Counted from the stretch's first letter, positions 36,503-46,726 are shown. The stretch: 64,000 nucleotides of DNA from Bacteroidaceae bacterium (GCA_963594605.1 CAVBEH010000007.1:4535-68534), one strand, 5' to 3'. Notes: generated by a model from the letters alone, not told the origin. Program-made: numbers and translations.

Positions 36503-37786
36503 ATGCTTGACTATAAATTCATAAAAGACAACCTTGACGCGGTCAAGGCGAACATCAGAAACAGGAACATGACGGCGGATGCCGATCTTGTGGTACAGCT
36601 GTATGACAGGAGAACCGCGCTCGTCACGGAGCTCCAGCAGCTCCAGCAGAAAAGGAACGAGAACGCCAGGGCTATGAAGCAGAAGCTTGAGCCGGAACAG
36701 CGCGGGGCGCTGATTGAATCAGGAAAGGCCCTTAAGGAAAAAATCGCCGGGGTCGAGAAGGAAAGCTCTGAGACCGAAAGAAAGCTTGAGGAGGCGGCCC
36801 GTCAGATTCCGAACATGGTACATCCGGATGCGCCGGTCGGAAAGCTCGACACGGAGAATCTTGAGGTGAAAAAAGTCGGAACTCCCAGAAAATTCGACTT
36901 TGAGCCGAAAGATCATGTGCAGCTCGGAGAGGAGCTTGACATCATCGACTTTGACCGCGGAACAAAAGTCTCCGGCCCGAAATTCTACTATCTCAAGAAC
37001 GAGGCCGTCTTTCTTGAGCAGGCGCTCATCATGTATGCGCTGAACACGCTCAGAAAGCATGACTTCAAGATGTTCATAACACCGGATGTGGCGAAAGAGG
37101 ATGTGCTGAAGGGCATAGGATTCAATCCGCGCGGAAACGAGTCGAACGTCTACACAATCGAGGACGAGGGAACATGTCTTGTCGCCACGGCGGAAATCAC
37201 GCTCGGAGGCTACCATTCCGATGAGATTCTTGACAAGGCCAGTCTTCCGCTTTTCTACGGCGGCCTCTCCCACTGTTTCCGCAGAGAGGCAGGAGCCGCC
37301 GGACAGTTCAGCAAGGGACTCTACCGTGTGCACCAGTTTGACAAGGTGGAAATGTTCGTCTACTCCACACCGGAGCAGTCAGACAAAATACATGAGAAGT
37401 TAAGGCTTATTGAGGAGGAGATTTTCACCGGACTCGGACTTCCGTTCCACGTGGTTGATACCTGCACCGGAGACCTCGGCGCTCCGGCATACAGAAAATG
37501 GGATCTTGAGGCATGGATGCCCGGAAGAAACGGCGGAGAATACGGCGAGGTGACATCAACCTCGAACTGCACCGACTATCAGGCCCGCAGGCTGAACATA
37601 AAATTCAGGGATGACGACGGAAAGAACAAGTATGTCCACACCCTGAACGGAACGGCGATTGCCGTAGGACGCGCGATGCTGGCTATCCTTGAGAACTACC
37701 AGAATGCGGACGGCTCCGTCTCAATTCCTGAGGTTCTTGTCCCCTACTGCGGATTCGACAGAATCCTTCCGAAGGACAGAAAATAG
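36503..37786 (+). CDS. serS: Serine--tRNA ligase
   Basis: MLDYKFIKDNLDAVKANIRNRN is the N-terminus, followed by a coiled-coil arm. Class II core shows FRREAGAAG, YRVHQFDKVE, TLNGTAIAVGR. Confidence 0.96.
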   Translation: MLDYKFIKDNLDAVKANIRNRNMTADADLVVQLYDRRTALVTELQQLQQKRNENARAMKQKLEPEQRGALIESGKALKEKIAGVEKESSETERKLEEAARQIPNMVHPDAPVGKLDTENLEVKKVGTPRKFDFEPKDHVQLGEELDIIDFDRGTKVSGPKFYYLKNEAVFLEQALIMYALNTLRKHDFKMFITPDVAKEDVLKGIGFNPRGNESNVYTIEDEGTCLVATAEITLGGYHSDEILDKASLPLFYGGLSHCFRREAGAAGQFSKGLYRVHQFDKVEMFVYSTPEQSDKIHEKLRLIEEEIFTGLGLPFHVVDTCTGDLGAPAYRKWDLEAWMPGRNGGEYGEVTSTSNCTDYQARRLNIKFRDDDGKNKYVHTLNGTAIAVGRAMLAILENYQNADGSVSIPEVLVPYCGFDRILPKDRK

Positions 37787-37808
37787 AATTTTCCGCTCCT
37801 CAGACAGA

Positions 37809-37849
37809 ACTGCCGCCACGAAGCTGCATTCATCTTCAGCGGCGGCAGT
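37809..37849. terminator. Stem-loop between convergent serS and pyk
   Basis: ACTGCCGCC (37809-37817) pairs with GGCGGCAGT (37841-37849), with an inner GAAG/CTTC stem. No clear U-tract on either strand. Confidence 0.4.
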
Positions 37850-37854
37850 ACCCG

Positions 37855-39651
37855 TCATATCTCACCTTCGTAGACAAGCAAATCCTTTCCGTCAATCGAA
37901 ACAGTAAGCCCGGCCTCAATCGTGCGTGACGATGAGCCTGTATCCGCAATCCAGACAAGATTCGGATTTATCAGCTTTATCGTATCAGCATGGAGCTCAT
38001 TTGAACCGGTGACTATCATGCCGTCAACAAGCCTCAGAATCGGAATCCAATTCTCGTCAATTGCGGGGCACAGAAGAATCTCCCCGCGCCTGTGCCTGAG
38101 AGCGTTTATCGCATCATCCGGAGATGCCGCCTTGACAATCCGGCCCGAAATTCTGGTTCCTCCGTCGCCGTATCCTCCGGTCCTGCCGCGCGCAAGGACA
38201 TTACCGACAAGCAGAATCCTTATTGTATTTACGGGAATCGGACTTGCGAGGGGAATTCCGGCGCACAGGACAATACGGTCGCTGCGATGGACATATCCGG
38301 ACTCAAGCGTGGATTTTACGGCGTTCTGAATCATCTCCTCGCTGTCATCCGCTATTTTCGGAACAAGAAGCGGAATCACGCCCCAGTTCAGCAGAAGCTG
38401 CCTCTGAACGGAAGGATTCGGAGTCACGGCGATCACAGCCTGTTCCGGACGGAACGTGCTTATCATCCTTGCGGTATGTCCGCTGAGCGTAGGAACAAGA
38501 ATCACCATGGCCTTTATCTGATCGGCTGTCATATACGCCATGCGGGACATGACCTTTCCCATAGTTATTCCGCCTTCCGGCTCCGGCACGGCCTCCTTGA
38601 TTCTGGCGCAGTATTCGGCGCTGTCCTCCACAGTCTGGGCAATCCGCGCCATGGTCTCCACCGCCTGAACGGGCCAGGCCCCGTTGGCCGTCTCTCCCGA
38701 AAGCATTACGGCATCCGTCCCGTCAAATATCGCATTCGCCACGTCCGTAAGCTCGGCTCTCGTAGGACGCGGATTCACAATCATCGAGTCAAGCATCTGC
38801 GTAGCCGTTATCACCGGTTTTCCGGCATTGCGGCATTCGGTTATTATATGCTTCTGGGCAAGGGGGATGCGCTCCGTGGGAAGCTGCACGCCGAGATCTC
38901 CGCGCGCTACCATAATGCCGTCCGCCGCATCCGCAATCTCCGCGATATTGTCCAGCCCCTCCTCGTTCTCTATTTTTGCGATTATCTTCATGTTCGAGCC
39001 GAGGGACTCAAGATAGCGCCGTATCTCGTGCACCTCTGAGGCGAAACTGACAAAACTGGCCGCGACAAAATCACACTTCATCTTCACGCAGAATGCGATG
39101 TCATCCTTATCCTGCCCGCTCATTATCGGAAGTCCGGCGTGAATCCCTATGAGATTGACATTCTTGCGGCTGCCTATTGATGCGGTATTCATCGCCGTGC
39201 ACATCACCGTCTTTCCGTCGGTTGAATTCACGTCAAGCTCCAGGAGACCGTCCGCGACAAGAATCTTCACGCCGGGACGAACCTTGGCAGGCAGCTCCTT
39301 CCATGAAATGGAAATTCTGGCCGGTGTATCTCCGTCCGCCGCGGTGATCTGCGAGCCGTCAACCGTCACGGCGACCACATCTCCGGAATTTACAGTTATT
39401 GTTCCGCCGCCGGCTACAAGCCCGGTCCTTATCTCCGGTCCCTTGGTGTCCATCATCAGAGCGACGGGATGACCGGTCTTCTCGGAGGCACGGCGGACAC
39501 GTTCCATAAGCGATCTGTGGTATTCATGGGTTCCGTGGGAGAAGTTGAATCTTGCCACGTTCATTCCCGCAAGAATCATATTCTCCACGACAGCATCATC
39601 CTCTGTTGTGGGGCCCATCGAGCAAACAATCTTCGTCTTTATCGAGCACAT
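37855..39651 (-). CDS. pyk: Pyruvate kinase with C-terminal PEP-utiliser (swivelling) domain
   Basis: KTKIVCSMGPTT, NVARFNFSHG, MVARGDLGV form the PK core. About 110 extra C-terminal residues (ILLCPAIDENWIPILRLVDGMIVTGSNELHADTI) resemble the PEP-utilising mobile domain seen in Bacillus-type PKs. Confidence 0.9.
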   Translation of the reverse strand: MCSIKTKIVCSMGPTTEDDAVVENMILAGMNVARFNFSHGTHEYHRSLMERVRRASEKTGHPVALMMDTKGPEIRTGLVAGGGTITVNSGDVVAVTVDGSQITAADGDTPARISISWKELPAKVRPGVKILVADGLLELDVNSTDGKTVMCTAMNTASIGSRKNVNLIGIHAGLPIMSGQDKDDIAFCVKMKCDFVAASFVSFASEVHEIRRYLESLGSNMKIIAKIENEEGLDNIAEIADAADGIMVARGDLGVQLPTERIPLAQKHIITECRNAGKPVITATQMLDSMIVNPRPTRAELTDVANAIFDGTDAVMLSGETANGAWPVQAVETMARIAQTVEDSAEYCARIKEAVPEPEGGITMGKVMSRMAYMTADQIKAMVILVPTLSGHTARMISTFRPEQAVIAVTPNPSVQRQLLLNWGVIPLLVPKIADDSEEMIQNAVKSTLESGYVHRSDRIVLCAGIPLASPIPVNTIRILLVGNVLARGRTGGYGDGGTRISGRIVKAASPDDAINALRHRRGEILLCPAIDENWIPILRLVDGMIVTGSNELHADTIKLINPNLVWIADTGSSSRTIEAGLTVSIDGKDLLVYEGEI

Positions 39652-39675
39652 ATATTTTCCTGATTCCGAATTATA

Positions 39676-40173
39676 TCAGCAGCCTTCAACTTTCACAGTG
39701 TTCTCCGTGTCATAGCAGGTGACACCGCTCCTTGAAAGCGCGCTGTCAAGATTATACAGAAAATCATCACCGTTTGCCATCTGATAGAAGCGATCCACAA
39801 GATTTCCGTCCAGAAAAACGTCCATCAGCGCGGAAATTCTCTTGAGGCAGAAATTCGAATTCCTCGGCCAGGCGGCAAGAACAAAAATTCCCTTCCGCGG
39901 AACGACAACCGCCGCCGCGCAAAGAGATGAGACACCGGCCGTACAGACATGGGGCATAAAAAACGAGTCGTTTATTTTCGACGGCACGAACATCTCGCGC
40001 GCAAGGATATCGGCCCTAAGGGTGGCCGGGTCAACAACCGCGCCGGATCTTTCTATAAGTGACAGCAGCCTCTCGACCATAGTCTTAGGGCAGCATGAGC
40101 CGTTCTCAGTCTGCAGATCGCATACATCGGCAGACACATCGGCGACTATCCAACTTGCATCCGTAATATTCAT
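39676..40173 (-). CDS. PTS EIIA type-2 (PtsN-like) domain protein
   Basis: 166 aa. By-eye alignment to E. coli PtsN: ILAREMFVPSKINDSFFMPHV vs ILTREKMGSTGIGNGIAIPHG, and IFVLAAWPRNSNFCLKRISALMDVF vs LLFALLVPADQTKTHLHTLSLVAKRL. GAGGA lies 5 nt before ATG 40173; the ORF-track start is 40368. Confidence 0.5.
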   Translation of the reverse strand: MNITDASWIVADVSADVCDLQTENGSCCPKTMVERLLSLIERSGAVVDPATLRADILAREMFVPSKINDSFFMPHVCTAGVSSLCAAAVVVPRKGIFVLAAWPRNSNFCLKRISALMDVFLDGNLVDRFYQMANGDDFLYNLDSALSRSGVTCYDTENTVKVEGC

Positions 40174-40235
40174 AAAAATCCTCAAAAACACTTTAAAAAC
40201 AGTCTCCGCAACGCATGAATTCAGGGGACGCAGGC

Positions 40236-40601
40236 TCAGAATACGGAAGTTATGAGAACGACAGACTTTGTGAATTTGTCTGAATGCAGAAACCATGGAA
40301 TTCCGGACAGGAACGGCAGCTCCGGCCCGGCGACGGCCGGCGGCAGGAAAACACGGAAGAACACACACACATCATCTGAAAAAAATGTCCGGTCAGCGGA
40401 GAGCGGAACGCACATTACGGCCGAAGCCAGATCCAGAACCGGATACGACAGTGTGCCGTCTCCACATTCGCCGTAACACGATGACGGTGAAAGCGCATCA
40501 GCCGCGGAAGAGACGAGCATACCGGAGGCGGCAGCCCTTGCGGCCAGAAATATCATGGAGAGGAATATCAATGCAATTTTCCGCAGTCCGTTCTTTTCCA
40601 T
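40236..40601 (-). CDS. Small putative secreted protein, hypothetical (121 aa)
   Basis: Signal-peptide-like N-terminus MEKNGLRKIALIFLSMIFLAARAAAS. ATG 40601 sits 7 nt after a consensus promoter. Competing ORFs exist in other frames, so coding status is uncertain. Confidence 0.35.
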   Translation of the reverse strand: MEKNGLRKIALIFLSMIFLAARAAASGMLVSSAADALSPSSCYGECGDGTLSYPVLDLASAVMCVPLSADRTFFSDDVCVFFRVFLPPAVAGPELPFLSGIPWFLHSDKFTKSVVLITSVF

Positions 40602-40608
40602 CGCACGA

Positions 40609-40637
40609 ATTATATTTTCATATATAACTATAGTCAA
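40609..40637 (-). promoter_or_regulatory. near-consensus sigma70 promoter, leaderless geometry
   Basis: Minus strand reads TTGACT (40637-40632), 17 nt, TATAAT (40614-40609), 7 nt, ATG 40601. Confidence 0.55.
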
Positions 40638-40792
40638 TCATTTCAAACTGATTTATATCAGAAACATGATTTATGCGGCACGATACGGACAGAACCGCAG
40701 CGCCTGTCCATTACGATTCATCCTCCGGAACGGAATAAATGTCACCCGCACGAATCATCTCCGCTCATTTGTGGAACTGATTCCATGTTTTA

Positions 40793-40801
40793 TGGTAGAA
40801 T
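40793..40801 (+). promoter_or_regulatory. extended -10 promoter of the pseudouridine synthase gene, leaderless geometry
   Basis: TGgTAGAAT (40793-40801), 5 nt, ATG 40807. No SD. Confidence 0.45.
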
Positions 40802-40806
40802 AAGAC

Positions 40807-41556
40807 ATGCAGAAACAGATTGACTACAGTGTTGTTTACAGTGATGATGAGATTACCGTGCTGAACAAACGTTCCGGACTTCTTATAGCCGCGGACAGAT
40901 ACAATCCGTATGCGCCGAGGCTCGATCTGATTGCGGAACAGGAATTCGGCAGGCTCTACGCCGTACACCGCATCGACAAGGACACTTCGGGAATAATCAT
41001 ATACGCGAGGACACCCGAATCGCACAGAAACCTTTCCCGGCAGTTCGAGGAACGAGGAGTGGAAAAAATATATCATGCGATAATCTACGGACGTCCGTCA
41101 TGGGAGACAAAGCGCGAGACCGCGCCGCTTCTTCCGGACGGCGACAGCCGCCACCGGACCGTTGTTGACAGGAAAAAAGGAAAACCGTCCGTGACAGACT
41201 TCATGCTGAAAGGCAGCTTCGGACTTTATTCATGGATAGAGGCAAGACCGAAAACAGGAAGAACCCATCAGATACGCGCGCACCTCGCCGCGGAGGGGCT
41301 GTCAATCCTATGTGATCCGCTCTATGGAGGAAATCAGAAGCCGCTGCGTCTGAGCGAGATAAAGAGGAACTGGCACGGAGACGACGGAGAGGAGCGTCCT
41401 CTGGTGAACAGGCTTGCGCTCCATGCATACAGAATAGGAATAACGCATCCCGCAAGCGGAGAAAAGATGATCTTCACGGCGCCGTATCAGAAGGACATGG
41501 AGGCGGCCAGAAGGCAGACTGCAAAAATATTCGGTGTGGATCCGATTGGGGACTGA
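40807..41556 (+). CDS. RluA-family pseudouridine synthase
   Basis: VHRIDKDTSGIIIYA holds the catalytic Asp motif (HRLD-type). KIYHAIIYG and GRTHQIRAHLA are also present. Confidence 0.9.
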   Translation: MQKQIDYSVVYSDDEITVLNKRSGLLIAADRYNPYAPRLDLIAEQEFGRLYAVHRIDKDTSGIIIYARTPESHRNLSRQFEERGVEKIYHAIIYGRPSWETKRETAPLLPDGDSRHRTVVDRKKGKPSVTDFMLKGSFGLYSWIEARPKTGRTHQIRAHLAAEGLSILCDPLYGGNQKPLRLSEIKRNWHGDDGEERPLVNRLALHAYRIGITHPASGEKMIFTAPYQKDMEAARRQTAKIFGVDPIGD

Positions 41557-41633
41557 TCCGGACCGGGCAGAAAAATCATATCCTTCCGCATACTGCCGGA
41601 AATGAACGCCCAGACGCAAAACATCCGGAGCGT

Positions 41634-42620
41634 TCAGTCTCCGCCCGGCACCCTTGCGGCCCTTATCCGGTCCAGAGTGCTGTTTATGCGCTGAACATAA
41701 CGCCCCTCAGGATACACGTCCACCGCCATCTGTAGATACTTCTCTATCACGTCATAATCCGCGGTGGTGTCAGAAGCAAGAGTATACGCCGCCATATAAT
41801 AAGCCTGCTGCTTGTCCTCCGGAGAAAGACGTGAGTCATCGCATATTGATATATAGGACTGAACCGCATGGGTGACATCATCGGATGTGTAGTATTCAAG
41901 CGCCCTGGCTCCGGCGGCCGCCAGTATGTACTTGCTCACAAGACCAGACTGGTTCTTCTTGTCAATTTCCGGAACCTTTGAATACATCGGAGCAAGAAAC
42001 ACCTTGTAGATGTCGTCCGTATCCTCATAAAGCCGGTCGATTGCCTTCACCCTCTCAACAACATCACCGCTTTCCGTACTGTCCACCATGCTCCGGAATT
42101 CAGCTACCGTCACATCATATCCGGAAAGCATCTCAAGAAACTGGCTCACATTCTCAGCCGAGCCGGCACCGTAAAGTTCCGTCACGACATAGCCTTCCTT
42201 TGACATGAGGTAGAAAGCCGGCGTATAGCTCACATTGAGCAGCCCCGCATAGCGTGAATTCTTCCTCATCTGAAGTCCGTAGGTCTCGGCATCCCGCTGA
42301 TCGGCAACTGCTCCGTCCGAGGACTGGATCATATTTCCGTAGGAATCGTCTGAAAAATCAAAATGGACAAAAACATAGCTGTCTGTGACCTCGGTGAAAT
42401 TTCCGGAGCGGACAACATTGTCAAGAAAAGTTCCGCTCATCGCATCATCACCTTCCATAGTGACCGCAAGGACTATGTTCTGGTTTCTTTCGGAAGCAAT
42501 CCTCTTCGCATCATCAATATCATAAAGGCAGCCGCAGCTGTCCCTTCCGGCATTTTTTCCGCATGAGGCGAACATAAGCACCGATACGGCAAAGACGGCA
42601 AAAAACACATTTCTGTTCAT
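41634..42620 (-). CDS. Lipoprotein, hypothetical (possible thioredoxin-like fold N-domain without CxxC, helical C-domain)
   Basis: Lipobox LMFASCGK. The N-domain pattern DDAKRIASERNQNIVLAVT resembles Thioredoxin_7-type proteins but lacks CxxC. Confidence 0.5.
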   Translation of the reverse strand: MNRNVFFAVFAVSVLMFASCGKNAGRDSCGCLYDIDDAKRIASERNQNIVLAVTMEGDDAMSGTFLDNVVRSGNFTEVTDSYVFVHFDFSDDSYGNMIQSSDGAVADQRDAETYGLQMRKNSRYAGLLNVSYTPAFYLMSKEGYVVTELYGAGSAENVSQFLEMLSGYDVTVAEFRSMVDSTESGDVVERVKAIDRLYEDTDDIYKVFLAPMYSKVPEIDKKNQSGLVSKYILAAAGARALEYYTSDDVTHAVQSYISICDDSRLSPEDKQQAYYMAAYTLASDTTADYDVIEKYLQMAVDVYPEGRYVQRINSTLDRIRAARVPGGD

Positions 42621-42702
42621 TTTCTAATCCTTTTTAAAATTCAAGCGGTCAATCATCCTCCGGACAGTCCATCTAACGGAAGCCCGGAGAATGAACCCGT
42701 CA

Positions 42703-45700
42703 TCATCTGAAATACGCGACTCCGGCCGCAAAAATGTTCTCGCAGGTTGTCTCGTTCTGATTGGTGAGCGGATTTCCGGCTACATTTCTGAACAGGTCAA
42801 GGCTTACGCCGTCTCCGTCAGTCCCGATTCCGCGCTCGTTGTGCCCCATCTTTCCGAGAACGTGACCGTCCGGAGACGTGATTCCTTCTATAGCAAAGGC
42901 GGAGCCGTTCGGATTGTCCGGCTCGAAGACCGCAGGCCGGCCGAATTCATCGACATACTGGCTGAAAACCTGACCGTTCCGGAAAAGCCTCTCCGCCGTC
43001 ACCGGATCAACAACAAACCTTCCCTCTCCGTGCGAGACGGCGACAAGATGGTTGCGTCCGTCCACGACGCTCGGATGAAGCGCCCACGGGCTTGCCGCCG
43101 ACACGATTCTTGTGCGGACGATGCGCGAGACATGCCTTCCGATTCTGTTGTATGTGAGTGTCGGCATATCAGGAGTCATGTCACGGATTTCTCCGTAGAC
43201 AGCAAGACCTGTCTTTACGAGAGCCTGGAATCCGTTGCAGATACCGAGAACAAGTCCGTCCCGTTTTTTCAGAAGGTTCATGATTTCTTCGCTTACAGCT
43301 CCTGCCCTAAGGACATTCGCTATGAATTTCGCGGATCCGTCAGGCTCGTCTCCGGCGGAGAAACCTCCGGCAAGGGCAAGAATCTGCGTACTCTTGAGCT
43401 CTGCCGCAAATTCCCGCAGTGAATTCTCAAGCATTTCCGGATTCTTGTTGCGGAGAACTAGAATCTTTGTGTCTGCTCCGGAAATATTGAATGCGCGCGC
43501 CATGTCATATTCGCAGTTCGTTCCCGGAAAGACCGGAATAAGAACCTTAGGATGCGTCTTAGGCTCAACAAAGGAAGGAGATTTTCTCACCTCGCTGAGC
43601 GACTTATGCACCGAAACCGCCCATTCAGGAAGCTCCGTCTGAACAGGCGCTCCGCTGACAGGAGGAAACACATCCTTGAGCCTGCCTTCCCAAACGTCAA
43701 GAATCTCCTCAAGTCCGAGAACGACACAGCCGTTCGGGACACCGGCAATCTTTGCATTCAGGATTTTGATTTCCCTGGCCGCGACCGTTTTTCCAAGTTT
43801 CACGACCGTTCCGCCGGCGAATCCGTATTTCTCAAGCTCCTCATCCGTCTCTATTATTATGTTTCCGTAAGCCGGAACAAAAAGATTTCTGACATCACCG
43901 CCCTCAATCTCGGCTCCTATCATGTTTCCCAACGCCATCTTCGAGACGGCCTCGGCTATTCCTCCGGCTCCAACAGGATACATAGCGGAAATTTTTCCTT
44001 TCCTGTTCAGCTCGTAAATAACGTCCGAATTCGCAAGGAACGTATCGTAATCAGGAGCAAGAATGTCGGAATAGGGAACTGAAATCATGTAGATGGAATT
44101 TCCTGCTGATTTGAACGAGCCGCTGACGACATTCCTCGCCTCGTCATGGGCAACCGCAAAACTCACAAGCGTATGCGGAACATCAAGATTCTCGAAAGTT
44201 CCGGACATGGAGTCCTTTCCTCCGATTGAGGCGCAGCCTGACTCAATCTGGGCATCGACAGAACCGAGAAGCGCGGCGGCCGGATAGCCCCAGCGCTTTT
44301 CGGAGACAGCCCGGCCGAAGAATTCCTGAAAGCTCAGACGTGCAGACCGCGCTTTTCCTCCGATGCACGTAATCTTTGCGAGCGACGACAGAACCGAAAT
44401 TTTCGCCCCATGCCACGGAGACCATTCACCGACGCGCGGATCGAATCCGTAAGACATCATCGAGACAGTTGACGTCTCGCGCGGAGTGACAACCGGAATT
44501 TTCGCCGACATAGCGGCTTCCGGTGTGTTCTGATATTTTCCTCCGTAAGGGAAAAGGACGCTCGCCGCTCCGATCGAGCCGTCGAAACGCTCGCCAAGTC
44601 CGCGCTGGGAGCAGCAGGCCAAATCTCCCATATCGGCAAGCCACGCTTTTTTCAGGTGATTTTCCACGCAGCCCGGGCATTTTACCGGTTTGTCAAGCTC
44701 CGCGGCTACCGGCGGAAGCGGATTTCTGAGCGGCGACTTTTCGGGTTCGGCAGGAGAAGCGATGACGGCCGAGGCCTCATGGTGCGCTCCTGCCGCATCA
44801 AGGAATCCGCGTCCCAAATCCACGATTGTCTTACCGCGCCATTTCATGACAAGGCGGTCGGTGTCCGTAACATCAGCTACGACTACGGCATCAAGATTCT
44901 CCGCCGCTGCGGCGGAAATGAATTTCTCGGCATCGGCTCTGCGGACGACTACCGCCATCCTTTCCTGGCTTTCAGAAATCGCAAGCTCCGTACCGTTGAG
45001 TCCGTCATATTTTTTCGGCACCATGTCAAGATTGATTTCAAGTCCTGGAGCAAGTTCGCCTATTGCCACTGACACACCGCCCGCGCCGAAGTCGTTGCAG
45101 CGACGGATCATCAGACTCACATCCTTGTTCCTGAAAAGCCGCTGGATTTTCCGTTCCTCGACGGCGTTCCCTTTCTGAACCTCGGCCGCGGCTGTCGTGA
45201 CCGACTTAACCGTATGAACTTTCGAGGAGCCTGTAGCGCCTCCGATTCCGTCGCGTCCGGTTCCGCCTCCAAGAAGAATCACCACATCGCCCGGCTCAGG
45301 TCTCTCGCGGACTACCGTATCAACAGGAGCCGCCGCGATCACAGCACCCAGCTCCATTCTCTTTGCGGCGTAGCCCGGATGATAAATCTCCTGGACAAGC
45401 CCGGTTGTAAGACCGATCTGGTTTCCGTAGGAGGAGAATCCCTGTGCGGCCTCTCGGACAATCTTAATCTGGGGAAGTTTCCCCTTCATTGTTTCGGAAA
45501 GAGGTACAGTCGGATCGGCCGCACCGGTTATACGCATTGACTGGTAGACCCAGGAACGGCCTGAAAGAGGATCACGGATTGCGCCGCCAAGACAGGTCGC
45601 AGCACCGCCGAAAGGCTCAATCTCAGTCGGATGGTTGTGGGTCTCGTTCTTGAACATCATCAGCCAGCGCTCTGTCGCCTTAGGATCATCCGCGGAAAGA

Positions 45701-46674
45701 GGTTTTCCGTTCTCATCGGCAGTATAATGCACGTCGATATAGACGGAGCAGGCGTTGTTCTCCTCAGAAACCTCCATATCCTCAAGTTTTCCGTGCTTTT
45801 TCAGATACTTCATTCCTATGACGGCCATGTCCATCAGGCAGACAGGCTTGTCCATGCGTCCGGCGTACAGATCCGCGCGCATATTGTTGTAGTTCTCAAG
45901 CGATTTTCTGAAAAGCCCGGCATAAGGGCCGTCCTCAATCTTTATGTCCTTGAGTTCAGTGAGGAAGGTCGTGTGACGGCAGTGATCCGACCAGTACGTG
46001 TCAAGGACCCGGATTTCAGTCTCCGTGGGATTGCGCTTCTCGCCCCGGAAATATTCCTGAAGGAATTTTATGTCCGCAGGATCCATCGCAAGTCCCATCT
46101 TTCCGCGGTAGACATCAAGCTCCGCATCGGTCCAGGAGATGAATCCGTCAACTACAGGAATGTCATCAGGAACTTCCGCGCTCAATTTCAGGGTCGCAGG
46201 TTTTGAGTCATCTCCGGTAAGCCGTGAATCAACAGGATTCACAAGATAATTCTCGATTTTTCTGATTTCCTCATCCGAGACATCTCCCTTCAGAAGAACA
46301 ATCTTTGCACAGCGGACGACAGGAGGCTCGGAATTCCTGCTGATACCGGCAAGACCCGCGCGCAGAATCTGAATGCACTGCTCCGCGCTGTCCGCACGCT
46401 GGTCGTACTGGCCGGGAAGAAATTCCCATGCAATCTTTTTGAATCCGTCCTCTTCCGGAATTGAATCAAACGTGCAGAAATCGCTCTGCGGCTCGGAGAA
46501 AATTCTTGAAGCCGCAACTCCGGCGACATCCTCCGTCACATTTTCTATATCATAACGGTTCAGATAACGGACCGCGGTCACTCCGGAAATTCCAAGAAAT
46601 CCTGTTATCTCCGAATAAATTCTTGCGGCCTCATTCTCAAAGCCGGGCTTTCTTTCTACATATAAACGAAACAT
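42703..46674 (-). CDS. purL: Phosphoribosylformylglycinamidine synthase (single-chain large PurL)
   Basis: About 1320 aa. The N-terminus is PurS-like, the central part has AIR-synthase-like repeats (NHPTEIEPFGGAATCLGGAIRD), and the C-terminus is a glutaminase (LGICNGFQAL, GHNE). ATG 46674 is preferred over TTG 46692. Confidence 0.95.
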   Translation of the reverse strand: MFRLYVERKPGFENEAARIYSEITGFLGISGVTAVRYLNRYDIENVTEDVAGVAASRIFSEPQSDFCTFDSIPEEDGFKKIAWEFLPGQYDQRADSAEQCIQILRAGLAGISRNSEPPVVRCAKIVLLKGDVSDEEIRKIENYLVNPVDSRLTGDDSKPATLKLSAEVPDDIPVVDGFISWTDAELDVYRGKMGLAMDPADIKFLQEYFRGEKRNPTETEIRVLDTYWSDHCRHTTFLTELKDIKIEDGPYAGLFRKSLENYNNMRADLYAGRMDKPVCLMDMAVIGMKYLKKHGKLEDMEVSEENNACSVYIDVHYTADENGKPLSADDPKATERWLMMFKNETHNHPTEIEPFGGAATCLGGAIRDPLSGRSWVYQSMRITGAADPTVPLSETMKGKLPQIKIVREAAQGFSSYGNQIGLTTGLVQEIYHPGYAAKRMELGAVIAAAPVDTVVRERPEPGDVVILLGGGTGRDGIGGATGSSKVHTVKSVTTAAAEVQKGNAVEERKIQRLFRNKDVSLMIRRCNDFGAGGVSVAIGELAPGLEINLDMVPKKYDGLNGTELAISESQERMAVVVRRADAEKFISAAAAENLDAVVVADVTDTDRLVMKWRGKTIVDLGRGFLDAAGAHHEASAVIASPAEPEKSPLRNPLPPVAAELDKPVKCPGCVENHLKKAWLADMGDLACCSQRGLGERFDGSIGAASVLFPYGGKYQNTPEAAMSAKIPVVTPRETSTVSMMSYGFDPRVGEWSPWHGAKISVLSSLAKITCIGGKARSARLSFQEFFGRAVSEKRWGYPAAALLGSVDAQIESGCASIGGKDSMSGTFENLDVPHTLVSFAVAHDEARNVVSGSFKSAGNSIYMISVPYSDILAPDYDTFLANSDVIYELNRKGKISAMYPVGAGGIAEAVSKMALGNMIGAEIEGGDVRNLFVPAYGNIIIETDEELEKYGFAGGTVVKLGKTVAAREIKILNAKIAGVPNGCVVLGLEEILDVWEGRLKDVFPPVSGAPVQTELPEWAVSVHKSLSEVRKSPSFVEPKTHPKVLIPVFPGTNCEYDMARAFNISGADTKILVLRNKNPEMLENSLREFAAELKSTQILALAGGFSAGDEPDGSAKFIANVLRAGAVSEEIMNLLKKRDGLVLGICNGFQALVKTGLAVYGEIRDMTPDMPTLTYNRIGRHVSRIVRTRIVSAASPWALHPSVVDGRNHLVAVSHGEGRFVVDPVTAERLFRNGQVFSQYVDEFGRPAVFEPDNPNGSAFAIEGITSPDGHVLGKMGHNERGIGTDGDGVSLDLFRNVAGNPLTNQNETTCENIFAAGVAYFR

Positions 46675-46680
46675 TCTCCG

Positions 46681-46709
46681 ATTATAATGCAAAAATGCTT
46701 AACTCTCAA
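46681..46709 (-). promoter_or_regulatory. sigma70 promoter of purL, leaderless geometry
   Basis: Minus strand reads TTGAGA (46709-46704), 17 nt, TATAAT (46686-46681), 6 nt, ATG 46674. Confidence 0.5.
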
Positions 46710-46726
46710 GCATGACATCAGGCTGG

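Noticed and set aside
38092-39039. 315-aa ORF on the plus strand, the longest unexplained ORF in the window
   Set aside because: It is entirely antisense to the well-supported pyruvate kinase gene. Its translation is Arg/His/Gly-rich and low-complexity with no motif. This is typical of a stop-poor antisense frame.
40555-40803. 82-aa plus-strand ORF filling the divergent spacer upstream of rluA
   Set aside because: It overlaps the start and promoter of the minus-strand gene and the rluA promoter. It has no SD and AT-rich, odd composition, and is most likely non-coding.
42691-43422. 243-aa plus-strand ORF at the 3' end of purL
   Set aside because: Antisense to purL, with no motif.
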